From contig JAQGDQ010000278.1 of the NCBI GenBank assembly GCA_030141605.1, forward strand, positions 240,208 through 304,207: DNA of 64,000 nt, written 5' to 3'. Below are positions 53,501 to 63,082 of the stretch, piece by piece (within the stretch, counting starts at the first letter, position 1; each line of letters begins with the position of its first letter). The translations under genes were made by a program, and so were the position numbers. Origin of the DNA: Tubiluchus corallicola. Lineage: Eukaryota; Animalia; Priapulida. Under the pieces are notes generated by a model. That model saw only the letters and a program-made list of their open reading frames with translations, did no database searches and was not told where the DNA came from.

Positions 53501-55084
53501 AACTTTTTCAATAGCCTCTTTACTTTTTATACAAGTTGGCACACTCCAAACTAGCATTCAAGTTAGATGATTGTGGTTGGACTAGAACTTGGCTCATTAT
53601 CAAGGATAAGGTGCTTCTAAGATGAGTCACTGAACTGACAAAGGCATATTAGTTAAGTTTGGATGTGTGTTCATCCTCCCTCTATGAGCAAACAGCCAAT
53701 CAGCTTGATTAATGAAACCGCCCAGAGCAAGAATCGAAGCTGTACACTGATCCGCTCACTAACCAACCTCGATGCCAACTTTGGTCACCAGTCAGTTGGC
53801 TTGTTTTTAAATTATGTTTGTTTTTCTGTATGTTTTACAGAATTTTTCAAAAGCATACACGTATTTAGTTTTCTTCCTGATTTAAGTATGCATGCGTGGC
53901 TTGTCAGAGTAACAATGAACATTCTTTGAAGCTGTTGATAATACATTTGATGGACGACAGGCCTTAGAATCTTAATAAAGCTTGCAGGCTATTTTGAAAT
54001 GTTTTTACTTCATTTTATTTTAAAGTATTGTGCTATGTAGCATCAGTTCATTGATAATCACAGAAATTGTGTAAAACACTCCCATCTGGTGACCTCAAAA
54101 TTTTTTACAGTGAGTGAGTTGTTGCTTTCAGTTGAATTTCCCACAAGGTTTATTAGACTCACTGCTGCTTTTTCTAATTATACCTTCATTTCTGAAAGCA
54201 AATTAGGATTATTGCAAAGATTTACATTTCTTGTTCTGCAAATTATTGAGATTATTCAGAAAAATTCAAGGAGTAGTTGGTGGAGCTTTCAAGGACACAC
54301 AGTTTTCCAGTGCAAAAGAGTGAGAATTTTATGATTTGATATATCACGAAGGTATATTGCTCTGAGAATGAGCCTTTTTACAGTTGTGCCTCACTGTTGC
54401 TGTTGATTAAAGTTTAAGTGAACCCCACCAATGCATCTTAACTACAACTGTCATGTGACATGTGGGCAAAGGAAAGCCGTCTGCCACATTTGTTCAGTTG
54501 CGACACCATTTCGTTGTTGTTTTACGTGGACTTCACTTAATTATGCATTAGTCTGTGCATAAAGTGATTTACTTGTGAGTGAAGAGTTAGCTGTCAAAAC
54601 TATGACTATTACAATAGTATGGGCTGCAAGGCATAGTCAGTTTTACACAAATGCATTGTCTGGATCACTTAACCTTTGACCTTTTCATGATTGTCATCTG
54701 TCGCTCGAACTGTGAAAACGATTATTATCATGTGACTCCAGTGTAAAAAAAACTATATTGTCCACTTTTATATTACGGAATTTTGCTTATATGGAAATAG
54801 AAATAGAATTTGGCCTATTGTACAGCAGAGTTTGGTGTACTGGTTACTGCTGTTTGTACAAAAGCTGTTACCAGAAAAGATTTAAGATTTGATTTGAAAA
54901 TTTAAGCTATTCTGTATGCGTCTTCATTTAACATTTTTCCTTCACTTTCAACAGGTTTCGCGACACATTCTTGGCTTTGGGTGGAGGCTGTCACCCAAGT
55001 GAGGTATTTCGAAGATTTCGGGGACGCGATCCATCGCCAGATGCGTTATTGCAAAAATACAATCTTAGTGACGTGTCTTCTTAG
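32476..55084 (+). CDS. Oligopeptidase A-like M3A zinc metallopeptidase (PrlC/OpdA/organellar oligopeptidase type), 720 aa, 18 exons
   Basis: Exons 32476-32561, 34540-34706, 35535-35674, 36992-37060, 37613-37773, 38810-38914, 40123-40305, 41272-41373, 42313-42453, 43658-43754, 44771-44837, 46689-46772, 47000-47118, 48618-48822, 49673-49748, 50849-50999, 52738-52817, 54955-55084. All junctions are GT-AG with consistent phases; total 2163 nt. Motifs: GPWVVTL, LGFNNYAEMSMQTKMA, WDIPYW, DLYARP.EK..GAW, TLFHEFGHALQH, NVEWDAVE, YSYKWSE, GRRFRDTFLALGG, FRRFRGRDP. Confidence 0.93.
34327..34398 (+). pseudogene. Degenerate tRNA-like sequence (Arg-TCT-like; tRNA pseudogene or SINE head)
   Basis: 72 nt; 7-bp acceptor stem GAACTAG/CTGGTTC, A-box-like tggtcaggtggcagagc, anticodon loop cttctat, B-box-like ggttcatgtcc; the D, anticodon and T stems contain mismatches. 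Confidence 0.55.
34540..34706 (+). CDS. Oligopeptidase A exon 2
   Basis: VPEVPVDTPETNPLM...VERTLE. Confidence 0.88.
35535..35674 (+). CDS. Oligopeptidase A exon 3
   Basis: DPNLPKTFQNVIEPIEKL...WNTFKNLSYVKN. Confidence 0.85.
36542..36939 (+). mobile_element. ~390-bp MITE family (TIR aataagccttttcacagt; ISL2EU/Harbinger-like), copy 1
   Basis: Perfect 18-bp TIRs; homologous to 51225-51620, 54367-54726 and 62702-63082. Confidence 0.8.
36992..37060 (+). CDS. Oligopeptidase A exon 4
   Basis: LQPVLLKARAARFQSLPVYKSVK. Confidence 0.85.
37613..37773 (+). CDS. Oligopeptidase A exon 5
   Basis: LTESQHRVVQKYLLEASLNGVEL. Confidence 0.85.
38000..38520 (-). mobile_element. Decayed LINE RT C-terminal remnant
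   Basis: EHEVKYLGQIIRDNCKDDADI (KYLG motif); boundaries approximate. Confidence 0.55.
38810..38914 (+). CDS. Oligopeptidase A exon 6
   Basis: YNVLTCTNSFKHVIYDEGDIEDMPES. Confidence 0.85.
39507..40011. mobile_element. hAT-like MITE with (GGAGTC)n subterminal repeats
   Basis: ggagtcggagtcgg arrays near both ends; right terminus cacatccctg. Confidence 0.5.
40123..40305 (+). CDS. Oligopeptidase A exon 7
   Basis: GPWVVTLQLPVYTPFMQYCSNREMRENAWLAYNSRAS. Confidence 0.92.
40600..40904 (+). mobile_element. TTAA-flanked non-autonomous DNA element, copy C
   Basis: Homologous to 13435-13780; ends ggtccagttttcttttaa. Confidence 0.55.
41272..41373 (+). CDS. Oligopeptidase A exon 8
   Basis: QDQASILGFNNYAEMSMQTKMAG. 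Confidence 0.92.
42313..42453 (+). CDS. Oligopeptidase A exon 9
   Basis: LEWWDIPYWRRKQK. Confidence 0.92.
43658..43754 (+). CDS. Oligopeptidase A exon 10
   Basis: IDDEELRRYFSLPKVLEGLF. Confidence 0.92.
44771..44837 (+). CDS. Oligopeptidase A exon 11
   Basis: EIDVWDEDVEVFKVFDE. Confidence 0.9.
45405..46258. mobile_element. Foldback element with ~20-bp (GTACCAAA) subterminal arrays in inverted orientation
   Basis: ttggtac repeats at 45405-45545 and gtaccaaa repeats at 45940-46255; internal (GAT)n microsatellite. Confidence 0.55.
46689..46772 (+). CDS. Oligopeptidase A exon 12
   Basis: IAAFFLDLYARPFEKMPGAW. Confidence 0.92.
47000..47118 (+). CDS. Oligopeptidase A exon 13
   Basis: PLAYVNCNLPPP...LMSFDDVRTLFHE. 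Confidence 0.93.
47697..47947. repeat. 32-bp minisatellite, ~7.5 copies
   Basis: Unit aaaggtagatgatgcaaaagtagatgtaggtt at 47729, 47761, 47793, 47825, 47857, 47889, 47921. Confidence 0.9.
48618..48822 (+). CDS. Oligopeptidase A exon 14
   Basis: FGHALQHLLT...NVEWDAVEICSTFMENW. Confidence 0.95.
49673..49748 (+). CDS. Oligopeptidase A exon 15
   Basis: MCKQLYLSAFDLEMYT. Confidence 0.9.
49978..50643. mobile_element. Non-autonomous Tigger-related MITE
   Basis: TA|cagtaagaatttgcttgacaatgcaatgcgttccagcaaaacgtgacgttaagc aligns to the left end of the 7915 Tigger; right end atcgttaaacgaagatttactg. Confidence 0.65.
50849..50999 (+). CDS. Oligopeptidase A exon 16
   Basis: HPCSFTHIFSEEYPAAFYSYKWSE. Confidence 0.93.
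51225..51620 (-). mobile_element. MITE family (aataagccttttcacagt), copy 2
   Basis: Reverse-oriented homolog of 36542-36939 with degenerate TIRs. Confidence 0.7.
52738..52817 (+). CDS. Oligopeptidase A exon 17
   Basis: MMSADLFSAFEEVGLDN...VGRR. Confidence 0.92.
52865..53390 (-). mobile_element. Non-autonomous Helitron-like element, copy 2
   Basis: ctagcaaaggccccgcaaaacattttgcg is the reverse of the copy 1 3' end; 53300-53390 matches 1197-1305. Confidence 0.6.
54367..54726 (+). mobile_element. MITE family (aataagccttttcacagt), copy 3
   Basis: Homologous interior (gtggactt..ttaattatgcattagtct) and degenerate TIRs. Confidence 0.7.
54955..55084 (+). CDS. Oligopeptidase A exon 18 (terminal)
   Basis: FRDTFLALGGGCHPSEVFRRFRGRDPSPDALL...*; AATAAA at 55151. 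Confidence 0.93.
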
Positions 55085-55369
55085 TGATTTATTATGTAAA
55101 TTATGGTGTTTGTCCTGAAACATCATAAGAACCGTGTATTTGTACAGTAAAATAAAACAAGAAAATCTTTGACATTGAATGGAATCTGTTATAGTATTAA
55201 TTTTTACTACTATGTTAAATGCAGTTCAAATGATACTATATTACTTTGTGTTACACGTTACCATGTGAAAAGTCTAATGTTTATGACTGCAAATACCTGT
55301 TCATCAACTAGTGTTTGCTATTCAAAGAGTGCAAGTGGAGTAAGTAAACTGGGTTTTGGTGATCTGGCA

Positions 55370-55745
55370 TGTCCCTCTCTTCCGTTTCCTTGCTTCTTTA
55401 TGCTTCGGCTTTCTGCTTTTCCCTCTCCCCTATTCCCACTTCCCTTGCTGCCTTTCCTCTTCTTTTTTCACTTGTGTCCTCTAACTTTTCTGGTCTTCTC
55501 TTCACCTCATTTTTCTTTCCTTCCCTTCCTTTCCTTTACGTTTTGTTTTTAATCATCTTCTTCCTTTTTTTCTCCAAGTTTTGGCTCCCTTTCTTGCTTT
55601 TCTTTCCATCTCTTATCTTCCCTCCCGTTCTTTCTCTCTTCTTTTGTTCCTTTTCTTTGTTTTTTGCGCCCCTATTTGTTCCTCTCCTCTCTTTGCCATC
55701 TCTTTTTTCTTCCCTTTTTCATCCTTTACATTTTCTCCTTCACTA
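55370..55745 (+). repeat. Low-complexity polypyrimidine tract
   Basis: ~375 bp of mostly C/T. Confidence 0.85.
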
Positions 55746-55899
55746 TTTATATAAGGAAGTACCTTTTTAGCAGATGAGAAGATAGAAACGAGGAGAGGAG
55801 GAGCATTAATTCAGCTATGCCAGTGCCAGTAACCTGTGAATACGTAAATGACTCATTACAATCAGAAAAACTCTAAGAGTTGGATTGCAAAATAAGATA

Positions 55900-56460
55900 A
55901 TTAAGTAAATAGGCAAGTAAATAAATAATTAGGTAAATAAGCAAGAAAGTCAGTAAGTAAGTAATTAAGTAGGCAGGTAAAAAAGTAGGTTAGTAAGTAA
56001 GTAGTAAGTAAACAAGAAGTTAGTAAGTAAATAAATGACGAAATAAGTAAGTGTGAAGTTAGTAAGAAGTGAATAATCAAGAAGTAAGTAAGCCAGTAAG
56101 TAGATAAGTAAATAAATAACGAAATAAGTAAGCAAGCAAGTAAATAAGTAAGTAAATAAATAAAAATAAGTAAGTGTGAAGTTAGTAAGAAGTGAATAAT
56201 CAAGAAGTAAGTAAGCCAGTAAGTAGATAAGTAAATAAATAACGAAATAAGTAAGCAAGCAAGTAAATAAGTAAGATAAATAAAAATAAGTAAGTGTGAA
56301 GTTAGTAAGAAGTGAATAATCAAGAAGTGAATAATCAAGAAGTAAGTAGATAAGTAAATAAATAACGAAAAAAATAAGCAAGGAAGTAGGTAAATAAGTA
56401 AATTATAAAGTAATTAAATAAGTGTGAAGTAAGTAAGAAGTAGGTAAATAAACACATTGT
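55900..56460 (+). repeat. Purine-rich (AAGT/AAAT) tandem repeat with ~120-bp higher-order unit
   Basis: gtgtgaagttagtaagaagtgaataatcaagaag recurs at 56051, 56174 and 56294. Confidence 0.85.
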
Positions 56461-57178
56461 AAGTTAGTCAAGTGAAGACCCCAGTAAAATATCATCTATA
56501 GAGAAACGACCAACCGTGTCAGACAAATTTAACGGTTCTAATTCAGAATGTTCGCAAGTTTTCTATGGCAAAGTTAGGTGCAGAGTTAAGGGTTAGGGGT
56601 TAGGATTAGGGTTATGGTTAGAGTTTTGGTTGGGGTATTTAAATTGTGTAAGGAATTGTAAACTCCGCTAAAACTTTTGGCAAGTCATCGAAATTCTTCT
56701 GGTTACTTAGATGATACACAACAAAATGGCAAGACTACTTAAGTATTGGCCACTGCCCAGTCAGACATTCAGTGCTCCGAATATGGGCATCGAAAACCTG
56801 CATTTATCAGCTGATAATGAGCATCAAAGCGCACATGCTCTAAGGAAGGTCACGTTAATTGCAATGGGCGACTGAAATGATGTTTTTTATATTTGAAACG
56901 ACCTTTCAATCTTTTGCCAGTTTATGGTAGACACTGCCACTTAAATATTTCAACTTGATATCGCTCGATCGTTGAGAGTTTTTGCATTTTGCACTAGTCT
57001 AATAAATATCAACACACTGAAAACGTTGATTACTGCACCTGCGTAACACAAATTTGACACTCTGACTTATTTTTTCTCTTATGTCGTCATCTGTGTAGAG
57101 TATACTAAAGCTTCCGGTGGGTATTCCCGTGATTGCCGTGATCACATGTCAGAGCAGACACGTGGGCTACCGAGGTCT

Positions 57179-57184
57179 TATAAA
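57179..57184 (+). promoter_or_regulatory. TATA box of the secreted-peptide gene
   Basis: TATAAA(G) 57 nt upstream of ATG 57236; CACATG/CACGTG E-boxes and a CGTCA half-CRE lie just upstream. Confidence 0.5.
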
Positions 57185-57235
57185 GACAGCTCGTTCTCTT
57201 TAATATACCTGCAATATATAATACATCTCTTTATA

Positions 57236-57502
57236 ATGGCGACGTTACTTGTCCAACCTGTATTTATTCTGATTATAACCACAGTGGCTGCATTTAGATT
57301 AGGCCCACACAGGCATAGAAATGTAGTTGATGATAAAGCGTCATTGCCACTGTCGCCATCGTTAGCATTGTCTGCTAGACCAGACGTGAACAACTATGAA
57401 GCTTTCTTGAGGCTTCTGAATATGGAAGAAGCTACGTCGAATGAGCAAAAGAACGGCGAGGTATCGCTAAAACAAGATTCCAACTCAAGACGAATTGGTC
57501 AG
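57236..57502 (+). CDS. Uncharacterised secreted prepropeptide-like protein, exon 1
   Basis: ataATGG start; signal-peptide-like MATLLVQPVFILIITTVAA; 89 codons ending SRRIGQ at CAG|GTATGA (phase 0). Confidence 0.65.
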
Positions 57503-60049
57503 GTATGATTAAACACTATCACTCTTCCTCTCTCTCCCTTACACACACGCACCTTTCCACTATTTAAACAATAGTATTTGCATATAGACATAGTATATAA
57601 TACCATTCTTTAAAGTGTGCCCTTTCTTTCGTTCAATTTTGTCCCTTTTGCATATAAACCTAAGTATGCCGTCCTTAGTCAACTTTAATTGCTTTTGTAT
57701 GGGAATTATCAACCTTAACGGAATTTAAATTATTAGAAAAATGCTCATACGAAAAATCTTGCATCAACCGCTAATATCTATATGGACTTTTTTGAGACTA
57801 TTTTTTTGAGAATTTCAGATACACTGTTTTATAAAGTTAATTTTGTTGTAAAAAATACTCAGGTAAGAATTCAACTGTACCGATATATAGATATCTCAAT
57901 GTATTCAAAGTTCACAGCTCGCGAATTTAAACATTGGATGAATAAACTTGAGTGTTACGCTTGTAAGATTATATAACCTTTATTAAATTATTAGACCTGT
58001 ATATATTATTATAGTAAGTATTAGACACCTTTCCTTCGTTTTTTGTGTTATCATGACCTGGCTAGACTGCCGATACAAAACTTTCGCCGATAGGGGCCTA
58101 TTTTTAGCAAGTTACAAAATTCTTTTTTTGACACATCAATTGCCACTATTTTATCGAGAAGGAAAAGCTTGGACCAAAGCTTGGGTCCTTAAAAATACCT
58201 TATACTCATAGTAATGCATGCAATTTTTTCATATTTTATTCTTTTCTATCAATTTTAGTTTTTTAGACAGAAACATTCATTCATTGATGTGGGTTCTCGG
58301 TTGAGTAGATAGAAGTGTGCGCTTTAAGTGCCTTTGCTGTGTGGTTGCCGTAGGCTACATACTTGCTCTGGGCGGTGTCATTCGTAATTTTGGTTGTCTA
58401 CCACATAGAGGGAGAATTAATGTAGACACAAAAGTAGCTGCGACATTTCTACTGGTCCAGTAGCTCACTTTTAATAGGTATATAAAAGTGTGAATTTGTC
58501 TACTCTCTGAGTCATTTAGCTTTAGTTATTAATCTTTTTAAACATAATATTAAGTGCATCTTGTAAACTCAAAGTTAAACTGGCATTGCTGCATTCCGAG
58601 TTGTCGTTTTTGCTAATTTATGGAAGAAATTTTGCCGTCATAAAATAAGGAGATATTCAACTGGCCAGACTAAAATCTTTTTATGGAGACAGTTTTATTT
58701 GTGTTTTATCAGGAAAAAATAAAATTAATAATTTTACTAAACCGGAAAACGGATGCGTAAATTATCGGATGTCTCGCTAAGTAATGTTTTGCAGACATCA
58801 GAAAAGTGACCCTCGCCATTAGCACTAACACGGCCCTTCAGATTCTAAGTAATTATTACACAAAATTGTCCAGTACGGAGAAATCAGTTGCTAGAATTTT
58901 TTTCAGTTCAACCTCTTATTATTTATAATGAAAATATTTTGCCACATTGAAATGTATGCCTGCTTACATCAAAGTCTTCCACATATATTCTTCTATCGTT
59001 TCTACCAAAATCCTTTAAATCTTGAAAAGTATTACGGACAAGTACGTAGACACGGTAACTTGCAGTGTTTTTTTGCCTGTCTATAGTATTTTTTAATGAT
59101 CTGTCTTGTATATTTATGTTTTGTGTGTTGGGTGCGTATGTGTGTGTATATGTAAATATTTTATTAGCTTCTATCGTAATTTCAAATAGTGTAACTGAGT
59201 GTTTTTTAATTTTTTATATAATGCTATGTACTTTTAAATGCACGAAATAAATTTAAAATAAATAATAAATAAAATCATTTCGATTTCATTTATGCCTTGG
59301 TAACTTTTCTTTACCCATTCTGTTACTATTTTTAAAGAAAACCAATCGCTGCTGTGAGCAAAAACTGTAGATTGTTAATTAAGTAGATGGAAGGGCCCAC
59401 ACACGCCCACGCATTAGCTTGTATCATTCTATCTCCTAATGGATTCTTGTCCTGTAATGAGTGTCCATTTATATATCAGTAGGATGCTTATGTAAAAAGC
59501 CTCAATGTTTGCAAATAAACGAAGCATTTTATGCTAAGCAAACGCTGCAGCTATTCTGATGCCCTCCTTTTGTCAAAATAGGTCTCTGGAAATTCTATAT
59601 CAATTGCAGGGAGGATTGGAGAAATATAATTTTTTGTAAGACGAGTATAGCATTTTAATATTTTGCATTGCTGAGTAATTCATTTAACTTAAAATAAAAC
59701 TTCAACTTTAAAAAAGGAGGCCCGGGTGTCCGAAAATCTGGCCCCTGCTTGTGGTCACATATTTGAGATAAAGGGCCCCTGTTGAGGCTTTTTATTTGAG
59801 ATAAGGGGTTCTTTGTTTGAGGCCTTTATTTGAGATATTTGAGGCCCTAGTTGTAAGTTGTGTAGCCCTAGTTCATGTTTGTTTATCCTTCAGAGGGAAG
59901 CACCATAATTTCATTAGCTTAAGGGCTTCAAAAGATTCGGTTCTGGGTAGAATAGTTTTTCGGTATGTCTCTTGCATCTGAATGATATGTGGAAGCCTGT
60001 ATACTCTCAGTGCACTAAATGTCTAACTAATGAATAAGTCCATGTGAAT

Positions 60050-60930
60050 CTAACTGCTAATTACTGAATAAGAGAATGAATGAGTAATTTACAAATACTG
60101 AAATCATAAATAACGAGATTTCGACTCCGTCGACTGCTGACTTGCCTTCTGACCAAGATATGCATTTAGCATAGCATTCTGTAAACACAAATACTATAGT
60201 CATTTCATTGTTTGAAGCAGTCAAATGCACCTGCTGATAAAAATCCTGAATTTCTACAAGGTTGTGCTTATAATATCATAGGTCTACGTAGTCTACTATT
60301 AGTCAGAATGTCGCAGAAGAAAGGATACGGTGTCACCTCTGTTAACTAATACAATAATAAGTACTTACGTGTTTGTCACGATGTATCACATGGTGGACAG
60401 GATTCTGCACGAAATGAAATGTGCAAAAATGGTATAAGAGAGTTGCTAATGCCAAGCATGCAGTTGGACATATCAGTGTGAGCTATTCTTGCATCAAACT
60501 AAAGCTCAAATGGATTAGTTGATATTTTGTTCTCTGTTTCAGGACCAACTGAAGACGAAACAAACTCCGAAAAACATTCTTGGATCTCCAAAAATTTTTG
60601 AAATTCTGAATGGCGAGACATTGCTTCCGCTATTATATTGTGAAAACGACGTCCACCCCACCATGACAATGCTAAACTGGGCTTCTATGCCAGATAACAT
60701 CCACATAAGAAAGAGTCAAGAAAGCGGTGAATGGCCATGCTATGTAGGAGTAAGTACCATATTACAGTTACCAGACATGTCTGCTTTAATGTTATCCGAT
60801 AATTTGAATCATGGTAATACGCATCATTATCTAATTGTTTGCATTGGTTCTTGCCCAAACAAATCACCCAGAATAAAGTATGTCTACTAGGCAAAGATAT
60901 AATTGAAGATTTGGTACTCTAGCCAGAACC
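60050..60930 (+). mobile_element. Highly decayed BEL/Pao LTR-retrotransposon pol remnant (RNase H end, integrase)
   Basis: Interrupted motifs INNE, PADKNP, CHDVSHGG...NAKHAV...SCIKL (zinc-finger-like), KNIL...LNGETL..LLYCE and SRKR*...KY, in BEL/Pao order with large deletions. Confidence 0.5.
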
Positions 60931-60954
60931 CTTAGAATTTCACAAATTCTTACT

Positions 60955-61035
60955 GGGTTCGCTGACACAATGGTTTGACTACAGATTGCAGACAGGCTTG
61001 GTCGTTGGAGTGTTGGGTTCAAGACTAGGGTACAT
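60955..61035 (+). repeat. Possible tRNA-derived SINE head
   Basis: A-box-like tgacacaatggt and B-box-like ggttcaagact at tRNA-like spacing. Confidence 0.3.
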
Positions 61036-61479
61036 ACCCTATGTGAGTTGTTCGTTATATGTGTGTTGCGTCTTTACCTTTATAGTAAACACTACTACTA
61101 TATATACGTATTTATTGTTGTTAAGCATAAACCGCTAAATAACCGTTAGTGCTAATATTGTCTGTTAAATGAGCAAAGGTAGATAAATTTAGAAAAAGAA
61201 AAAGAAACTGGCAATATAACCTAAAGGCCATTTTCAATTATGATCTCATAGTCAGTGTGAAAGAATTAATCAGGTGTAAGAATTATAACCATTACGTTCT
61301 ATTGACTAAATGAATGAACTACGTGACACTGACACAAACTTTTAAGTTCGTATTTACATTTTGATTTCAAAAATTGAACTTCTATAAGTTAGCATTCAGT
61401 AGGACCTAACACAAATATTTGGTTAGAGTATTGCTGTCATGTTTGAATTCAGCGAGGTTCTTTTTTGTCTTGCAATTGA

Positions 61480-61670
61480 ACTGCTACTGCCACTGCTACT
61501 GCTACTGCCACTGTCACTGCCACTGCCACTGCCGCTACTACTACTGCTGCTGCTCCTCCTACGGCTGCTGCTAGTTTTACTACAACAACAACAACGACGA
61601 CGACGACGACGATGACGAGGTGGTGGTGGTGGCCTTGGTGGTGGTGGTGGTGTTGGTGGTAGTGGTGCTG
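61480..61670. repeat. Compound trinucleotide microsatellite (CTGCCA/CTA/CAA/CGA/GGT)
   Basis: Directly visible consecutive triplet runs. Confidence 0.85.
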
Positions 61671-61993
61671 CCTAACCTATTAAAGTTTTCCTTTAATATT
61701 CGTATAATTACTGTCACTGAAAATTACAACTGTTTGGTGCTTATACATTAAGAAAAAGTTTATGCGAATAATACAAACGATTATAGACAACGTTAACCGA
61801 TAATAAATCTCTCAGAGACACTTCCTTCTCAGTGAAGGCAAAAGTACAATCGAAAATGCCTAGTATTTGTATCTTTGTTTGCTTGTTTATGTTATTTTTG
61901 TCCAAGCGATGCTAAAGGATATACTGCAGGATAAAGCATAAACTGAGATTGAATTAAATGTGTAATTGTTATAAGATTTAAATTGAATTACAG

Positions 61994-62212
61994 GTGTATT
62001 TTTCCGGAGATTGTTTTACACAGCAAAGAGAATTTAGACTGTGTTCTCTAAACGGTACGGCATTTATGAAATACACAGAAAATTGCACGAAAAGGCGAGC
62101 TAGTTCACCTCTGCAGGTAAACGAAACTAACGTCTTGCATATGAACAACTCACAGATACTGTCATCAGGCGATTCAGAAAATGCTTCAGACTTTAGCGAC
62201 GACGACTTGTAA
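61994..62212 (+). CDS. Uncharacterised secreted prepropeptide-like protein, probable terminal exon
   Basis: ttacag| phase-0 acceptor; VYFSGDCFTQQREFRLCSLNGTAFMKYTENCTKRRASSPLQ...DFSDDDL*; AATAAA at 62228. An internal donor CAG|GTAAAC at 62117 is an alternative. Confidence 0.5.
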   Translation: MYFSGDCFTQQREFRLCSLNGTAFMKYTENCTKRRASSPLQVNETNVLHMNNSQILSSGDSENASDFSDDDL

Positions 62213-62701
62213 TAGTAATTCTTCATGAATAAAATTTGTAGCTTCAAATATTTCATCGTTAAGGCAACCCACGTTTTTTAAGAAAAACTAGACGATTGTG
62301 TAAATATTAGTTTAAAATAAAGTATGTTTTAAATCTAAAATATTGAAAACTAAAATGGCTTATTTAAATCAAAGCATAGGCTAAATAATTACCCCGAATA
62401 GTTAAATTTTGTTAAACTTTCAAAGCTACGCCCGGCTCGGCGAATCCACCATAGACTGGCAACGGCAACTTTTTGTCATATTTTGCGTGGGCAAAAAATA
62501 GGCACTGTACCGCGACAAGCATGAACTGCAGTAGTTTTCTCCGTAACGTAAAGTCATAAAGCTCACTTTCGTGACATCACATCAACGTCTTTTAACAATC
62601 CTCGATTATGCAAACGTGTTTTACGTGCAGGGAAGATGCCTGCCATTACACAAATTGAGGTTAGTTTGTGATGTAAGTGATAGCTGTGTTCAGTTACAGT
62701 T

Positions 62702-63082
62702 AATAAGCCTTTTCACAGTTTCGTTCTGTGCACAGGCAGTTGCTTTAGGTCAAAGGACGAGTGTACCACAGCAAAGCGTCTTAGCTATAACTGTAACGCG
62801 ACATGTGGGTAAAACAAAACCGTTTGGCGCACCAGTTCAATAACTTCAGTTGTTTTGTGTGGACTTTATTTAATTATGCATTAGTCTATGCATAAAGTAT
62901 CTTGCTTGGGAACAAGAAAAAAATGAACCAGGTAATGTTGTAGCTAGCTGTTAAAACTGTTACTATTACAATAGCGCGAGTTGCGATGCGTTGTCAAGTA
63001 GAATTTAATGCGTTGTCTGGTACACTTAATGTTTGACTTTTCACTATCAGCATCACTCGCTGGAACTCTGAAAAGGCTTATT
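62702..63082 (+). mobile_element. MITE family (aataagccttttcacagt), copy 4
   Basis: TIRs aataagccttttcacagtt / aactctgaaaaggcttatt; close match to 36542-36939. Confidence 0.8.

Noticed and set aside
32476-55084. Bacterial contamination or recent horizontal transfer of prlC; U12-type introns
   Set aside because: There are seventeen canonical GT-AG introns filled with host repeats, and no donor has the GTATCC U12 consensus.
55169-56381. Hydrophobic ORFs (127-145 aa) resembling membrane proteins
   Set aside because: They are translations of low-complexity pyrimidine and AAGT tandem repeats.
56573-56635. Interstitial telomere
   Set aside because: Only a few degenerate TTAGGG-like units, of the kind common inside invertebrate MITEs.
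57818-57862. Extra exon of the peptide gene (ttcag...tcag|gtaaga)
   Set aside because: It contains an in-frame TAA in the required phase.
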